Assembly: GCA_028716945.1 (NCBI GenBank)
Contig: JAQUOT010000001.1
Coordinates: 187,927-251,926 of the forward strand
Length of the DNA: 64,000 bases
Reading direction: 5' to 3'
Source: Candidatus Nanoarchaeia archaeon
Lineage (GTDB): Archaea; Nanobdellota; Nanobdellia; SCGC-AAA011-G17; JAFCDX01
Both the position numbers and the translations under genes were made by a program. The notes below the pieces were generated by a model, which made no database searches, was not told the DNA's origin, and saw only the letters and a program-made list of their open reading frames with translations. Each line of letters opens with the position of its first letter. Position 1 is the first letter of the stretch. This document shows, piece by piece, positions 17,339 through 25,844 of the stretch.

Positions 17339-18026
17339 TTTTCTTTATATTTTTAATATTAGAACTTCTTATTAATTTAATAAAAGAGGAGGCATTATTA
17401 TAACCGCTTATTTGTATTTTATATTTTTCATACCTTTTATTAGTTCTTTTATCTATATAATTTTCATGTCCTACATAATGATCTATCTTTTGAATTTTAA
17501 TCCAATCAGATATTTTGTATATTAAATTTTTATCTTTTAGACCAAGATTAATAACTGGATAAAATTTATATTTTCCGTGATTCTTTTTTAAACACAAAGA
17601 ACCATCTGTATCAAAAATTCCTTTAATGAATGCTTTAGCATAAATTTTATTATCCCATATCCATCGAGGAACCTTATTTCTATAATTTATTTTTTTATAA
17701 CCTATAATATTAAGAAAAGATAATATCCCTTTAGATCTCTTTGTTAAGATTAAAGTATTAATCTTTTTCTTTTGATATAAATTCATCTTTACATTGAATA
17801 AAAACAAAACTTTATCTTTAATATAGTTTGAATAATTCCTCTCATCTTTGAGATTACTAAAAATAGAAAAAATATAATCATTGCTTCCTAAATTATAATA
17901 AACATGGCCATCTCCAGACAAAATACCTAAAAATTCTGACAAGTCTCTAGAAGAGGATTTAGGAAAAATAATTTTATTCTTAATATCTTGGTGACTTAGT
18001 TGAATATCTGATAAATCAAATTTCAT
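17286..18026 (-). CDS. LAGLIDADG family endonuclease (two-motif, free-standing), paralog A
   Basis: Track ORF 17286..18068. I chose the start MKFDLSD at 18026, matching paralog B. The two motifs are LGILSGDGHV and IKGIFDTDGSL. The last 53 nt are antisense to the tRNA-Phe 3' part. Confidence 0.8.
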   Translation of the reverse strand: MKFDLSDIQLSHQDIKNKIIFPKSSSRDLSEFLGILSGDGHVYYNLGSNDYIFSIFSNLKDERNYSNYIKDKVLFLFNVKMNLYQKKKINTLILTKRSKGILSFLNIIGYKKINYRNKVPRWIWDNKIYAKAFIKGIFDTDGSLCLKKNHGKYKFYPVINLGLKDKNLIYKISDWIKIQKIDHYVGHENYIDKRTNKRYEKYKIQISGYNNASSFIKLIRSSNIKNIKKMERGGFEPPIWQGILDV

Positions 18027-18048
18027 GATTAATAAAAAGCGAATTTGA

Positions 18049-18105
18049 TTTATAAATCTGGCGCGCACCCATCTGCAAGTTGCAATTTGTTAGAATATAT
18101 ATTTT
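18049..18105. repeat. Conserved 57-nt block upstream of LAGLIDADG paralog A (TATA-like box plus GC-rich and palindromic core)
   Basis: The sequence tttataaatctggcgcgcacccatctgcaagttgcaatttgttagaatatatatttt is nearly identical to 63404..63459, apart from a 2-nt indel and a local shift. It contains the palindrome tgcaaGttgca. Confidence 0.85.
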
Positions 18106-18163
18106 GTGGAATATAGATAGACGCCTTAGAAACCTTTAAATATAATCTAAGATTAATTAAGAT

Positions 18164-18676
18164 ATGCAAAATAAAAAAGGTGCAATTGAACTTTCTATGA
18201 CCACTATTATAGTTATTATTCTTGGAGTCACTTTATTGAGTTTAGGATTAATGTTTATTAAAGGAACATTTGGAAACATAACTGATATTACAGACAAAAC
18301 TTTTGATCAAGCTGATGATATAATAAAAGATTATATGGTAACTGGAACAACCAAAATGTACATTCTTGATTCAAACGTAGCAATGAAAGCAGGAACTATA
18401 AATACAATATATGTGGGTATTAAAAATCAACTAGGAAGAGATGATGAATTTTATTTGAAAGCAAAACCTGCAAATGATAAAAGCGATGTAGGTTGGTTAG
18501 AGCTTGCAACAGAACCACAAACTATAGAAGCTGGAAGTTATGCTACAATTGCTTTTTTCCTTAAAGTTCCTAAAAAAACGATTCCTGGAGAAACATATAT
18601 TTATTCTATAGAATCATATGCAAAGAGTCAAACAAAACCTTATGCTAATCAGCTTTTAACAGTTATAACAGAATAA
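18164..18676 (+). CDS. Archaeal type IV pilin-like protein (class III signal peptide)
   Basis: 170 aa. The N-terminus MQNKKGAIELSMTTIIVIILGVTLLSLGLMFI shows a basic-Gly cleavage context followed by a hydrophobic helix, as in archaeal prepilins. Confidence 0.6.
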   Translation: MQNKKGAIELSMTTIIVIILGVTLLSLGLMFIKGTFGNITDITDKTFDQADDIIKDYMVTGTTKMYILDSNVAMKAGTINTIYVGIKNQLGRDDEFYLKAKPANDKSDVGWLELATEPQTIEAGSYATIAFFLKVPKKTIPGETYIYSIESYAKSQTKPYANQLLTVITE

Positions 18677-18710
18677 ATAACTTTTTAAATTAAATTTCTT
18701 TCATTTTCTT

Positions 18711-20099
18711 ATGATAAAACTATTCAATACCTTAACAAGAAAAAAAGAAGAGTTTAAACCAATTAAAACTAAAGAAGTGGGAATTTATTCTTGTGGATTA
18801 ACCGTTTATAATTATGGGCATATAGGTAATTTTAGAGCTTTTGTATTTGCAGACTTATTGCATAGATATTTTGAATACAAAGGATTTAAAGTAAAACATA
18901 TTACAAATATAACTGATGTAGATGATAAAACCATTCGTGATTCACAAAAAGAAAAATTATCTTTAAAACAATTTACTTCTAAATATGAAAAAGCTTTTTT
19001 TGAGGATATTAAAACTTTGAATATTAAAGAATCTTTCAAATATCCTAAAGCTACAGAACACATTAAAGAAATGGTTTCTATAATAAAAAAATTATTAGAT
19101 AAAGGTTATGCTTACAAAACAGATGATGGAATTTATTTTAAAATTTCTAAAGATAAAGAATATGGTAAATTAGCTCATTTAAAATTTGCTGATTTAGAAG
19201 CAGGAGCATCTGAAAGAGTAACAAAAGACGAATATGATAAAGAAAATGTACAAGACTTTTGTTTATGGAAATTTTATGATAAATTAGATGGAGATGTTTT
19301 CTGGGATACAGAAATTGGAAAAGGAAGACCTGGATGGCATATAGAATGTTCTGCAATGTCAATGAAATATCTAGGAGAAACCTTTGATATTCATACTGGT
19401 GGAATTGATTTAATATTTCCTCATCATGAAAATGAAATTGCTCAATCAGAATGTGCAACAGGGAAAAAATTTGTAAATTATTGGTTGCATAATGAATTTA
19501 TTTTAGTTGATGGTAAAAAAATGTCTAAATCTCTGGGTAATTTTTATACTTATAGAGATGTTCTTGCAAAAGGGTATTCTGGAATGGAAATAAGATATTC
19601 CTTATTAAGCACACATTATAGAATCCCATTTAATTTTACTTTTGAGGGGCTTGATTCTGCTAGAAACTCGCTAAAAAGACTTAATGAATTTGTAAATAGA
19701 TTAAATTTTGTAAAATCAGACAAAGATAGCAAAAAAGTTTCTGATTTAATTAAAAACGTTAAAAAAGAATTTGAAGAATCCTTAGATGATGATTTAAATA
19801 TTGCAAATGCTCTTGCTTCAATCTTTGGTTTTATCAGTGAGATAAATAAATTAAAAATAAGTAAAAAAGAAGCAAAAGAAATATTAAAAACATTAAATGA
19901 ATTTGATCAAGTTCTTGGTTTAAACTTAATTTCAAAAAAAGAATCTATTCCAAAAGAAATAAAAGAATTAATGGATAAAAGAGAAAAATATAGAAAAGAA
20001 AAAGACTGGAAAAAGGCCGATGAAATTAGAGATAAATTAAAAGAAAAAGGATTTGTTCTTGAAGATACTAAAGAAGGAATTATTTGGAAAAAAGCTTAA
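18711..20099 (+). CDS. cysS: Cysteinyl-tRNA synthetase
   Basis: 462 aa. It has YSCGLTVYNYGHIGNFR (HIGH region), WHIECS and KMSKSLGNF. Confidence 0.9.
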   Translation: MIKLFNTLTRKKEEFKPIKTKEVGIYSCGLTVYNYGHIGNFRAFVFADLLHRYFEYKGFKVKHITNITDVDDKTIRDSQKEKLSLKQFTSKYEKAFFEDIKTLNIKESFKYPKATEHIKEMVSIIKKLLDKGYAYKTDDGIYFKISKDKEYGKLAHLKFADLEAGASERVTKDEYDKENVQDFCLWKFYDKLDGDVFWDTEIGKGRPGWHIECSAMSMKYLGETFDIHTGGIDLIFPHHENEIAQSECATGKKFVNYWLHNEFILVDGKKMSKSLGNFYTYRDVLAKGYSGMEIRYSLLSTHYRIPFNFTFEGLDSARNSLKRLNEFVNRLNFVKSDKDSKKVSDLIKNVKKEFEESLDDDLNIANALASIFGFISEINKLKISKKEAKEILKTLNEFDQVLGLNLISKKESIPKEIKELMDKREKYRKEKDWKKADEIRDKLKEKGFVLEDTKEGIIWKKA

Positions 20100-21598
20100 A
20101 ATTTATCATCATAAGGCACTAGTTCTATTTTACTTATCTCATCTACATGTTTTTTAGCTTTATCTAGTATTTGTTTAAACATATTTTCATAAGAAACTAT
20201 TTTTCCATCTAATTTTAATTTATAATTATGGAGTTCTGATTGTAGATTAATTTTGTCTCTGTTCAATTCTTGACAAACACCTGTTCTAGGTTTAAATTCT
20301 AAAGGTTTATCAAAAAATTTGTATAAATATTGTACTGCTCCAAAATAATCATCAGGAGATTCTCCAACAGTAATTTCATCCACTCTATTCATAAAATTAT
20401 TAAAATGACTTAATAATTGGTAAAAAGCATCTTGATGTATCCCTGTATATAGTTTTCCTGTAGGAACATCTAATTTTAAGTCCCATTTTTTAGTAAAAGA
20501 TAAAAAAAGTTCTTCAATAGTTTTTGGTGAATCTTGTTTTTTAGTTCCTTCTACTTCTGAAGCAGGTAATCCTTTTATTAATTCATAAAAAGTTTTTACG
20601 CTTTCCAAATTTTGGTAATTTAATAAATTATTTTTTAATTCTGGAATTAAATTTCTTTTTTTAACACCTTTGATATTAAATCTTTCTATTAATTCAGATA
20701 ATTCATTTTTATAATAATCTTCTGTTATATCTTTTTTAATAAATTTTTGTATTAAAGGACTTAATTCCATATCGAGAACTACTTCTAAAGTAGCTTGATC
20801 TTTTATTATATCTTGTAGAGAACGTGAAACAAATCCGTCTATATTTTCTAGAACATAACTAAGTGTCCATATTCTTAACTTTTTTAATTTATGATAATTT
20901 TTTTCTAAATTTTGTTTTAGATTATTCTGTAATCTTTGCTTTACTGAAAATTGTATTCCTACACCAAAATCTATTTTATCAACAACTTCTTTATAATTAT
21001 TTATTATAGCTTCTAATGTTTCAAAGGTACTCCCTAAAATAGTTTCTCTTTCTCCATATTCATGATTAGGATGATAATTATCAAAAGATTTTATATAAAC
21101 TTCTAAGGATTTTAAAAATTGAACATTATCAAATACAAATAAGTCTACAGGATCAATTATAGATTGTTCATCATTAATCATAAAAGTATGAATCTGTTTA
21201 ACAAATTTTAATGATTTAAGTTTGTTTAACCCAGTGGAAACTTCTTGAACCGGACGATGAAGAATGTCTGCTATTCCTTCTAAAGTTTCTCCTTTCTTAA
21301 TTAAAGACATTAATGAAATATAAAAAGGATCTTTTAGAATTTCTTCGTTAGATTGATTAATTTGTTTCAAATCTACTTCCCATTGGTCTGCTTGTTTAGA
21401 TATAGAACGTTCAGTATAAGATTGATAAAGGTTATTTAACCAAGGTAAATTATCTATTAAATTTGAAGTAGAATTTCCTTTAAGTGAAGCTATTTGTTCT
21501 GAATCTGTTTGAGTTGAAATTGGTTTTCCTAGAGCTAAAGCTAATTTTTCCAATTCTGCTTGCATTTCTTGATCTAACTTTTCTACCATTTTTATCAC
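20096..21598 (-). CDS. Hypothetical 500-aa protein with a possible winged-helix segment
   Basis: Long uninterrupted ORF. The stretch ISLMSLIKKGETLEGIADILHRPVQEVSTGLNKLKSLKFVKQ looks wHTH-like. I recognise no family. Confidence 0.65.
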   Translation of the reverse strand: MIKMVEKLDQEMQAELEKLALALGKPISTQTDSEQIASLKGNSTSNLIDNLPWLNNLYQSYTERSISKQADQWEVDLKQINQSNEEILKDPFYISLMSLIKKGETLEGIADILHRPVQEVSTGLNKLKSLKFVKQIHTFMINDEQSIIDPVDLFVFDNVQFLKSLEVYIKSFDNYHPNHEYGERETILGSTFETLEAIINNYKEVVDKIDFGVGIQFSVKQRLQNNLKQNLEKNYHKLKKLRIWTLSYVLENIDGFVSRSLQDIIKDQATLEVVLDMELSPLIQKFIKKDITEDYYKNELSELIERFNIKGVKKRNLIPELKNNLLNYQNLESVKTFYELIKGLPASEVEGTKKQDSPKTIEELFLSFTKKWDLKLDVPTGKLYTGIHQDAFYQLLSHFNNFMNRVDEITVGESPDDYFGAVQYLYKFFDKPLEFKPRTGVCQELNRDKINLQSELHNYKLKLDGKIVSYENMFKQILDKAKKHVDEISKIELVPYDDKF

Positions 21599-21679
21599 TA
21601 TATAATAGATACGCTATTTAAAAACTTTTCGATATTAAAAAATAAAAAAGAAATTTATTTATTGTTGCCCTGCTTGGGT

Positions 21680-22528
21680 TTATTGCTGATTTTGTTCTTG
21701 TATTTCTGTGTTTTCACCAGAATTTTCTTCTTGGTTTTCAACTTCGGCAGTTACTTGTTCTCCAGCAGCAGTTTGATTTCTCAATCTTTCTTGTTCTCTT
21801 TCTTGGATTGGTTCTTCAGTAGCAGCTTCGTCTCTTAATCTTTTTTGTTCTTTAGTTTCTTTCATTACTTTATTGGCTACTCTTTCTTGTTTAACTTCGC
21901 TCATATTGTTGTATCTTTCTTCTGCTGCCCTAAGTCTAGTCAAAGTCTTGTCAATACCTGGAGATGTAACATTTTTAGCTTGTAATTTTTGTTGAATTAT
22001 ATCCAGAACAGTAATATGCTTTTGCAAATTATATTCTAATCTTTCAGATTTAGTTACATTTTCTTTCGCAAATTGTTCTTTTAATTCAGAAAGTTCTTGG
22101 ACAAGTTGAGCATGAAATCCTTCAGCTTTTGCTAAAGATTTCAAATCTCCTTTCTTAGCCATTTCTTTCATTTCTGACAATCTTCTTTGAGCAAACTGTA
22201 ATTTCTTTTCTGCTTGCTTTTCTTTACTTATTGTCATCCACAAGCTTATTTTTTCTGCAAATCTTTTCCAACCATAAGCAACTGGCTGATCTGGTGTTGC
22301 TCCTACATTTTCTGTTTCGTTTGTAGTAGCATCATCTATGGATTCAGTTAATTCAGTTGTCTCACTAGGAGTTAGATTTTCAGAATCTGTTGAAATTTCA
22401 GTAATTTCTGGTGTAACAGTTTCTTCGTTTGTTCCAACAACATTTTCAGTAGTATCTTCTGCAAGAACTACGTTTAATGTTACTAAAACTAACAAAAGTG
22501 TTACAAAAATACTAAATATTTTTTTCAT
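21680..22528 (-). CDS. Secreted acidic coiled-coil protein, hypothetical
   Basis: 282 aa. It has the signal peptide MKKIFSIFVTLLLVLVTLNVVLA. Glu/Thr-rich low-complexity ends flank a helical core. Confidence 0.65.
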   Translation of the reverse strand: MKKIFSIFVTLLLVLVTLNVVLAEDTTENVVGTNEETVTPEITEISTDSENLTPSETTELTESIDDATTNETENVGATPDQPVAYGWKRFAEKISLWMTISKEKQAEKKLQFAQRRLSEMKEMAKKGDLKSLAKAEGFHAQLVQELSELKEQFAKENVTKSERLEYNLQKHITVLDIIQQKLQAKNVTSPGIDKTLTRLRAAEERYNNMSEVKQERVANKVMKETKEQKRLRDEAATEEPIQEREQERLRNQTAAGEQVTAEVENQEENSGENTEIQEQNQQ

Positions 22529-22701
22529 TTATTGCCTCCATCAAAATTTTTATTAATATTAGATTAATAAGATTATATATAAAGAAACTTTATTTGTAAA
22601 AAATTTAAAGCTTTACGAAGCTTCTTAACACTATTTGGAACTCATTTTAAGCTTCTTTTTATTAAAGAAAATTATATAAAGCTTTAATAGTTGTAGCTAC
22701 A

Positions 22702-23343
22702 ATGAAAAATATTGGTATAATTCTTACTTTATTAGGAATATTTTTAATTAGTTTAATCTCAGTTAATGCAATTACAGCAACAATACAAGGAAGTGTATAT
22801 GATCTAACTTTAGATAAAGTAAATAATGTAATTCTTGAAATTAATACTATTCCTGAACAAACTTATGTTGCAAAAATAGGAGATTATTCTTTTGAAAGCA
22901 TTCCTGTTGGAGATTATGTTATAAAAGCTTACACCCAAGATAGATCCTTAATAACTACTGAAAATATTACTATAAACCAAGAAGGAACTTACACTATAGA
23001 TTTATTTTTAATACCTGAATTCGAAGAAAAAGAAACCAAATCTACAAATTATCTTTATTATATAATCCCTTTTATATTAATCTTAATTTTAATAGCAATC
23101 ATTTACAAAAGATTAAAAATACCTAAAAAAGTAGAGCTAAAAATTGAAGGGGTAAAAGATGATCTTGAAAAAGTAATTGAAATAATCAAAAAAGAAGGTG
23201 GAAGAACTACTCAAAAGGATATTAGGGAAAAGATAGGCTTGTCTGAAGCCAAGGTAAGCTTAATGATAGTAGAACTAGAAGATAAAGGTATTATAAAAAA
23301 GATTAAAAAAGGAAGAGGCAATATCATCATTTTAAACAAATAA
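22702..23343 (+). CDS. Bitopic membrane protein with an extracellular carboxypeptidase-regulatory-like beta domain and a cytoplasmic winged-helix DNA-binding domain
   Basis: 213 aa. The order is signal peptide, a GSVYD...IPVGDYVIKAY beta-sandwich-like segment, the TM segment YLYYIIPFILILILIAIIY, then GGRTTQKDIREKIGLSEAKVSLMIVELEDKGIIKK. Confidence 0.6.
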   Translation: MKNIGIILTLLGIFLISLISVNAITATIQGSVYDLTLDKVNNVILEINTIPEQTYVAKIGDYSFESIPVGDYVIKAYTQDRSLITTENITINQEGTYTIDLFLIPEFEEKETKSTNYLYYIIPFILILILIAIIYKRLKIPKKVELKIEGVKDDLEKVIEIIKKEGGRTTQKDIREKIGLSEAKVSLMIVELEDKGIIKKIKKGRGNIIILNK

Positions 23344-23380
23344 AAACCTTTTTAAAGGGGTTATATCTTTCTAAATTAAT

Positions 23381-23794
23381 ATGTCAATCTACAATAAAGA
23401 TACAAATAAGTTGATAGAGAAAGCAGCAGAAGAGCTAAAAAATATTCCAGAAATTAAAGCTCCAATCTGGGCTCCATTTGTTAAAACCTGTGCTGGAAAG
23501 CAAAGGCCTCCTGCAAAGAAAGATTGGTGGTATCATAGAACAGCTTCATTATTAAGAAAATTATATATTGCTCAAGGTCCAATTGGTGTTTCTAAATTAA
23601 GAAAAAAATATGGGCATAGAAAACACAGAGGTTTTAGACCAGAAAAAGCATATACTGGTTCGGGAAATGTTATAAGAAAAATATTACAACAATTAGATAA
23701 AGCAGGATTCTCAAAACAAGTTGAAAAAGGAGTTCATAAAGGAAGAATAATTACTCCAAAAGGAAAATCTTTCTTGGATAAATTAGCAAAGTAA
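23381..23794 (+). CDS. rps19e: 30S ribosomal protein S19e
   Basis: 137 aa. APFVKTCAGKQRPPAKKDWWYHRTASLLRKLY is typical of S19e. Confidence 0.9.
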   Translation: MSIYNKDTNKLIEKAAEELKNIPEIKAPIWAPFVKTCAGKQRPPAKKDWWYHRTASLLRKLYIAQGPIGVSKLRKKYGHRKHRGFRPEKAYTGSGNVIRKILQQLDKAGFSKQVEKGVHKGRIITPKGKSFLDKLAK

Positions 23795-23795
23795 A

Positions 23796-23963
23796 ATGGT
23801 AAAAAGATTAATACAAAAATTAAGATTAGGAAAAAGATTAGCTCAAACAAAGTGGGCTCCATTCTGGACTATTCCAAAGAAATATGGAAAAGGTCGTAGA
23901 GTACATCCTTCAAGACATACTGAAATTAAAAGATCCTGGAGAAGAACCAAATTAAAAGTATAA
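23796..23963 (+). CDS. rpl39e: 50S ribosomal protein L39e
   Basis: Hand-translated 55-aa ORF, below the ORF-track cutoff: MVKRLIQKLRLGKRLAQTKWAPFWTIPKKYGKGRRVHPSRHTEIKRSWRRTKLKV. It is tightly packed between S19e and L31e. Confidence 0.85.
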   Translation: MVKRLIQKLRLGKRLAQTKWAPFWTIPKKYGKGRRVHPSRHTEIKRSWRRTKLKV

Positions 23964-23964
23964 A

Positions 23965-24489
23965 ATGGCAGACTTAGAAAGAAATTATGTTATACCTCTT
24001 AGAAAAGGTTTTTTAAAAGTACCAATTTACAAAAGAACTAAAAGAGCAATTTCTGAAGTAAGAAAATTCATTATAAGACATATGAAAGTTGAAGAAGTTA
24101 AAATCTGTGCTAATTTAAATCATTTCTTATGGGCAAAAGGTTGTACAAATCCTCCTACCAGAATTAAAATTAAAACAAGAAAAGAAGGAACTTATGCTTT
24201 AGTAGAATTACAAGATTATGATTTCCCTAAGAAAAAAGAAGAAGTTAAAGAAACTAAAATTGAAAAAGCTCTAAATGATAAAGACGTAGAAGGTAAAAAA
24301 GAAGAGAAATTATTAAAGAATGAACCTGAAAAGAAAGAAAATCTTGCTCCTGGTCCTGAGAAAAAAGAAGAATTAAAAACAAAACAGATAGAAGAAAGAT
24401 TAAAAAAAGAAAAAATTGTTAATAAATCACAAAAAAGAATGATTAAACACGAAAAACAGAACAAATCATTTATTAAAACAAGTCATTAA
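23965..24489 (+). CDS. rpl31e: 50S ribosomal protein L31e with a Lys/Glu-rich C-terminal extension
   Basis: 174 aa. The N-terminal 85 aa (YVIPLRKGFLKVPIYKRTKRAISEVRKFI...) are L31e-like. The rest is KE-rich low complexity. Confidence 0.85.
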   Translation: MADLERNYVIPLRKGFLKVPIYKRTKRAISEVRKFIIRHMKVEEVKICANLNHFLWAKGCTNPPTRIKIKTRKEGTYALVELQDYDFPKKKEEVKETKIEKALNDKDVEGKKEEKLLKNEPEKKENLAPGPEKKEELKTKQIEERLKKEKIVNKSQKRMIKHEKQNKSFIKTSH

Positions 24490-24520
24490 TTTTTATATTC
24501 ATAACTTATCTTTCACAAAT

Positions 24521-25513
24521 ATGAATAAATTGCCTTTTGAAGAAATTAAAAGAACTATTCTAATTAAGAAAGAAGCTAAAACTTCTGATAAATATGGAAG
24601 TTCTCCTGAAAATAGAACTATTCAAGAATTGTTTGATAAAGGAGTTATTTGTTTAAACAAACCTTCAGGACCTACAAGTCATCAAACAGTAGATTATCTA
24701 AAAAGAATTTTAAATACAAAAAAAGCAGGACATGGAGGAACTTTAGATCCAGGAGTTTCTGGAGTTTTACCAATTGCTTTAAACGAGGCAACAAGAATAT
24801 TACAAATTTTATTAAAAGGTGGAAAAGAATATGTTGCTTTAATGCATTTACATAAAGATATTCCTGAAAAAGAAATAAGAACTTCTGTAGAAAAAACCGT
24901 AGGAAAAATAAATCAGCTTCCTCCTGTAAGATCTGCAGTAAAAAGACAATTAAGACAAAGAGAAATTTATTATTTAGAAATTTTAGAAATAAAAGACCAG
25001 GATGTTTTATTCAAAGTAGGTTGTGAAGGAGGAACTTATATAAGAAAATTAATTGTTGATTGGGGTAAAATTTTAAAAACAAATGCACACATGGTAGAAT
25101 TAGTAAGGACTAAAGCAGGACCTTTTAATGAAAATGAATGGTATTCTTTACAAGACATACAAGATGCTTATACAGAATTTATAGAAAATAAAAATGATTC
25201 TTTATTAAAAAAAATAATAAAACCTGTTGAATTTACTATTTCTTTCTTGCCAAAAATTTGGGTTTTTGATTCTGCAATAGATAGTTTATGTCATGGAGCT
25301 AATTTAAATGTTCCAGGAATTTCTAAATTAGAATCAGATATTAAAGAAAACGATTTAGTTGCTGTTCTAAGTCTAAAAGATGAGTTAATATGCCTTGGAC
25401 AGGCTAAAATGACTTCTGAAGACATTTTAAAGAAAAGTAAAGGATTAGTTATAGAAACAAACAAAGTTTTTATGAAAATAGATACTTATAAAAAAGACGA
25501 TAGTCTTGAATAA
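24521..25513 (+). CDS. cbf5: H/ACA RNP pseudouridine synthase Cbf5 (TruB family) with PUA domain
   Basis: 330 aa. It has KPSGPTSHQ and GHGGTLDPGVSGVLPIAL (catalytic Asp motif), plus a C-terminal PUA-like region. Confidence 0.9.
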   Translation: MNKLPFEEIKRTILIKKEAKTSDKYGSSPENRTIQELFDKGVICLNKPSGPTSHQTVDYLKRILNTKKAGHGGTLDPGVSGVLPIALNEATRILQILLKGGKEYVALMHLHKDIPEKEIRTSVEKTVGKINQLPPVRSAVKRQLRQREIYYLEILEIKDQDVLFKVGCEGGTYIRKLIVDWGKILKTNAHMVELVRTKAGPFNENEWYSLQDIQDAYTEFIENKNDSLLKKIIKPVEFTISFLPKIWVFDSAIDSLCHGANLNVPGISKLESDIKENDLVAVLSLKDELICLGQAKMTSEDILKKSKGLVIETNKVFMKIDTYKKDDSLE

Positions 25514-25808
25514 AAACATGTTAAATAACATTTTATTTATGAGCAGAGTAAAGATTACTATAGAAGGTTCTGTACAAGGAGTTTTCTTCAGATATTTTAT
25601 GAAAAACCATGCAACTGCTTTAGGTTTAACAGGATATGTTAGAAATTTAAATAATAAAGTTGAAGCTGTTTTAGAAGGAAATACTGATAAAATAAAACAT
25701 TTAATTGAATTATGTAAAAAGGGACCAATTAGTGCTAAAGTAACTAAAATGGATATTAAAGACGAAATGTATAGAGGAGAATTCAGAAGTTTTAGAATTA
25801 TATATTAA
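25506..25808 (+). CDS. acyP: Acylphosphatase
   Basis: 100 aa. VKITIEGSVQGVFFRYFMKNHATALGLTGYVRNL..KVEAVLEG matches the acylphosphatase signature. The true start may be the internal Met (MSRVKI). Confidence 0.8.
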   Translation: MNKNMLNNILFMSRVKITIEGSVQGVFFRYFMKNHATALGLTGYVRNLNNKVEAVLEGNTDKIKHLIELCKKGPISAKVTKMDIKDEMYRGEFRSFRIIY

Positions 25809-25844
25809 AAAACTATTTAAACTAAATTAATTTGCTAATTCTAT

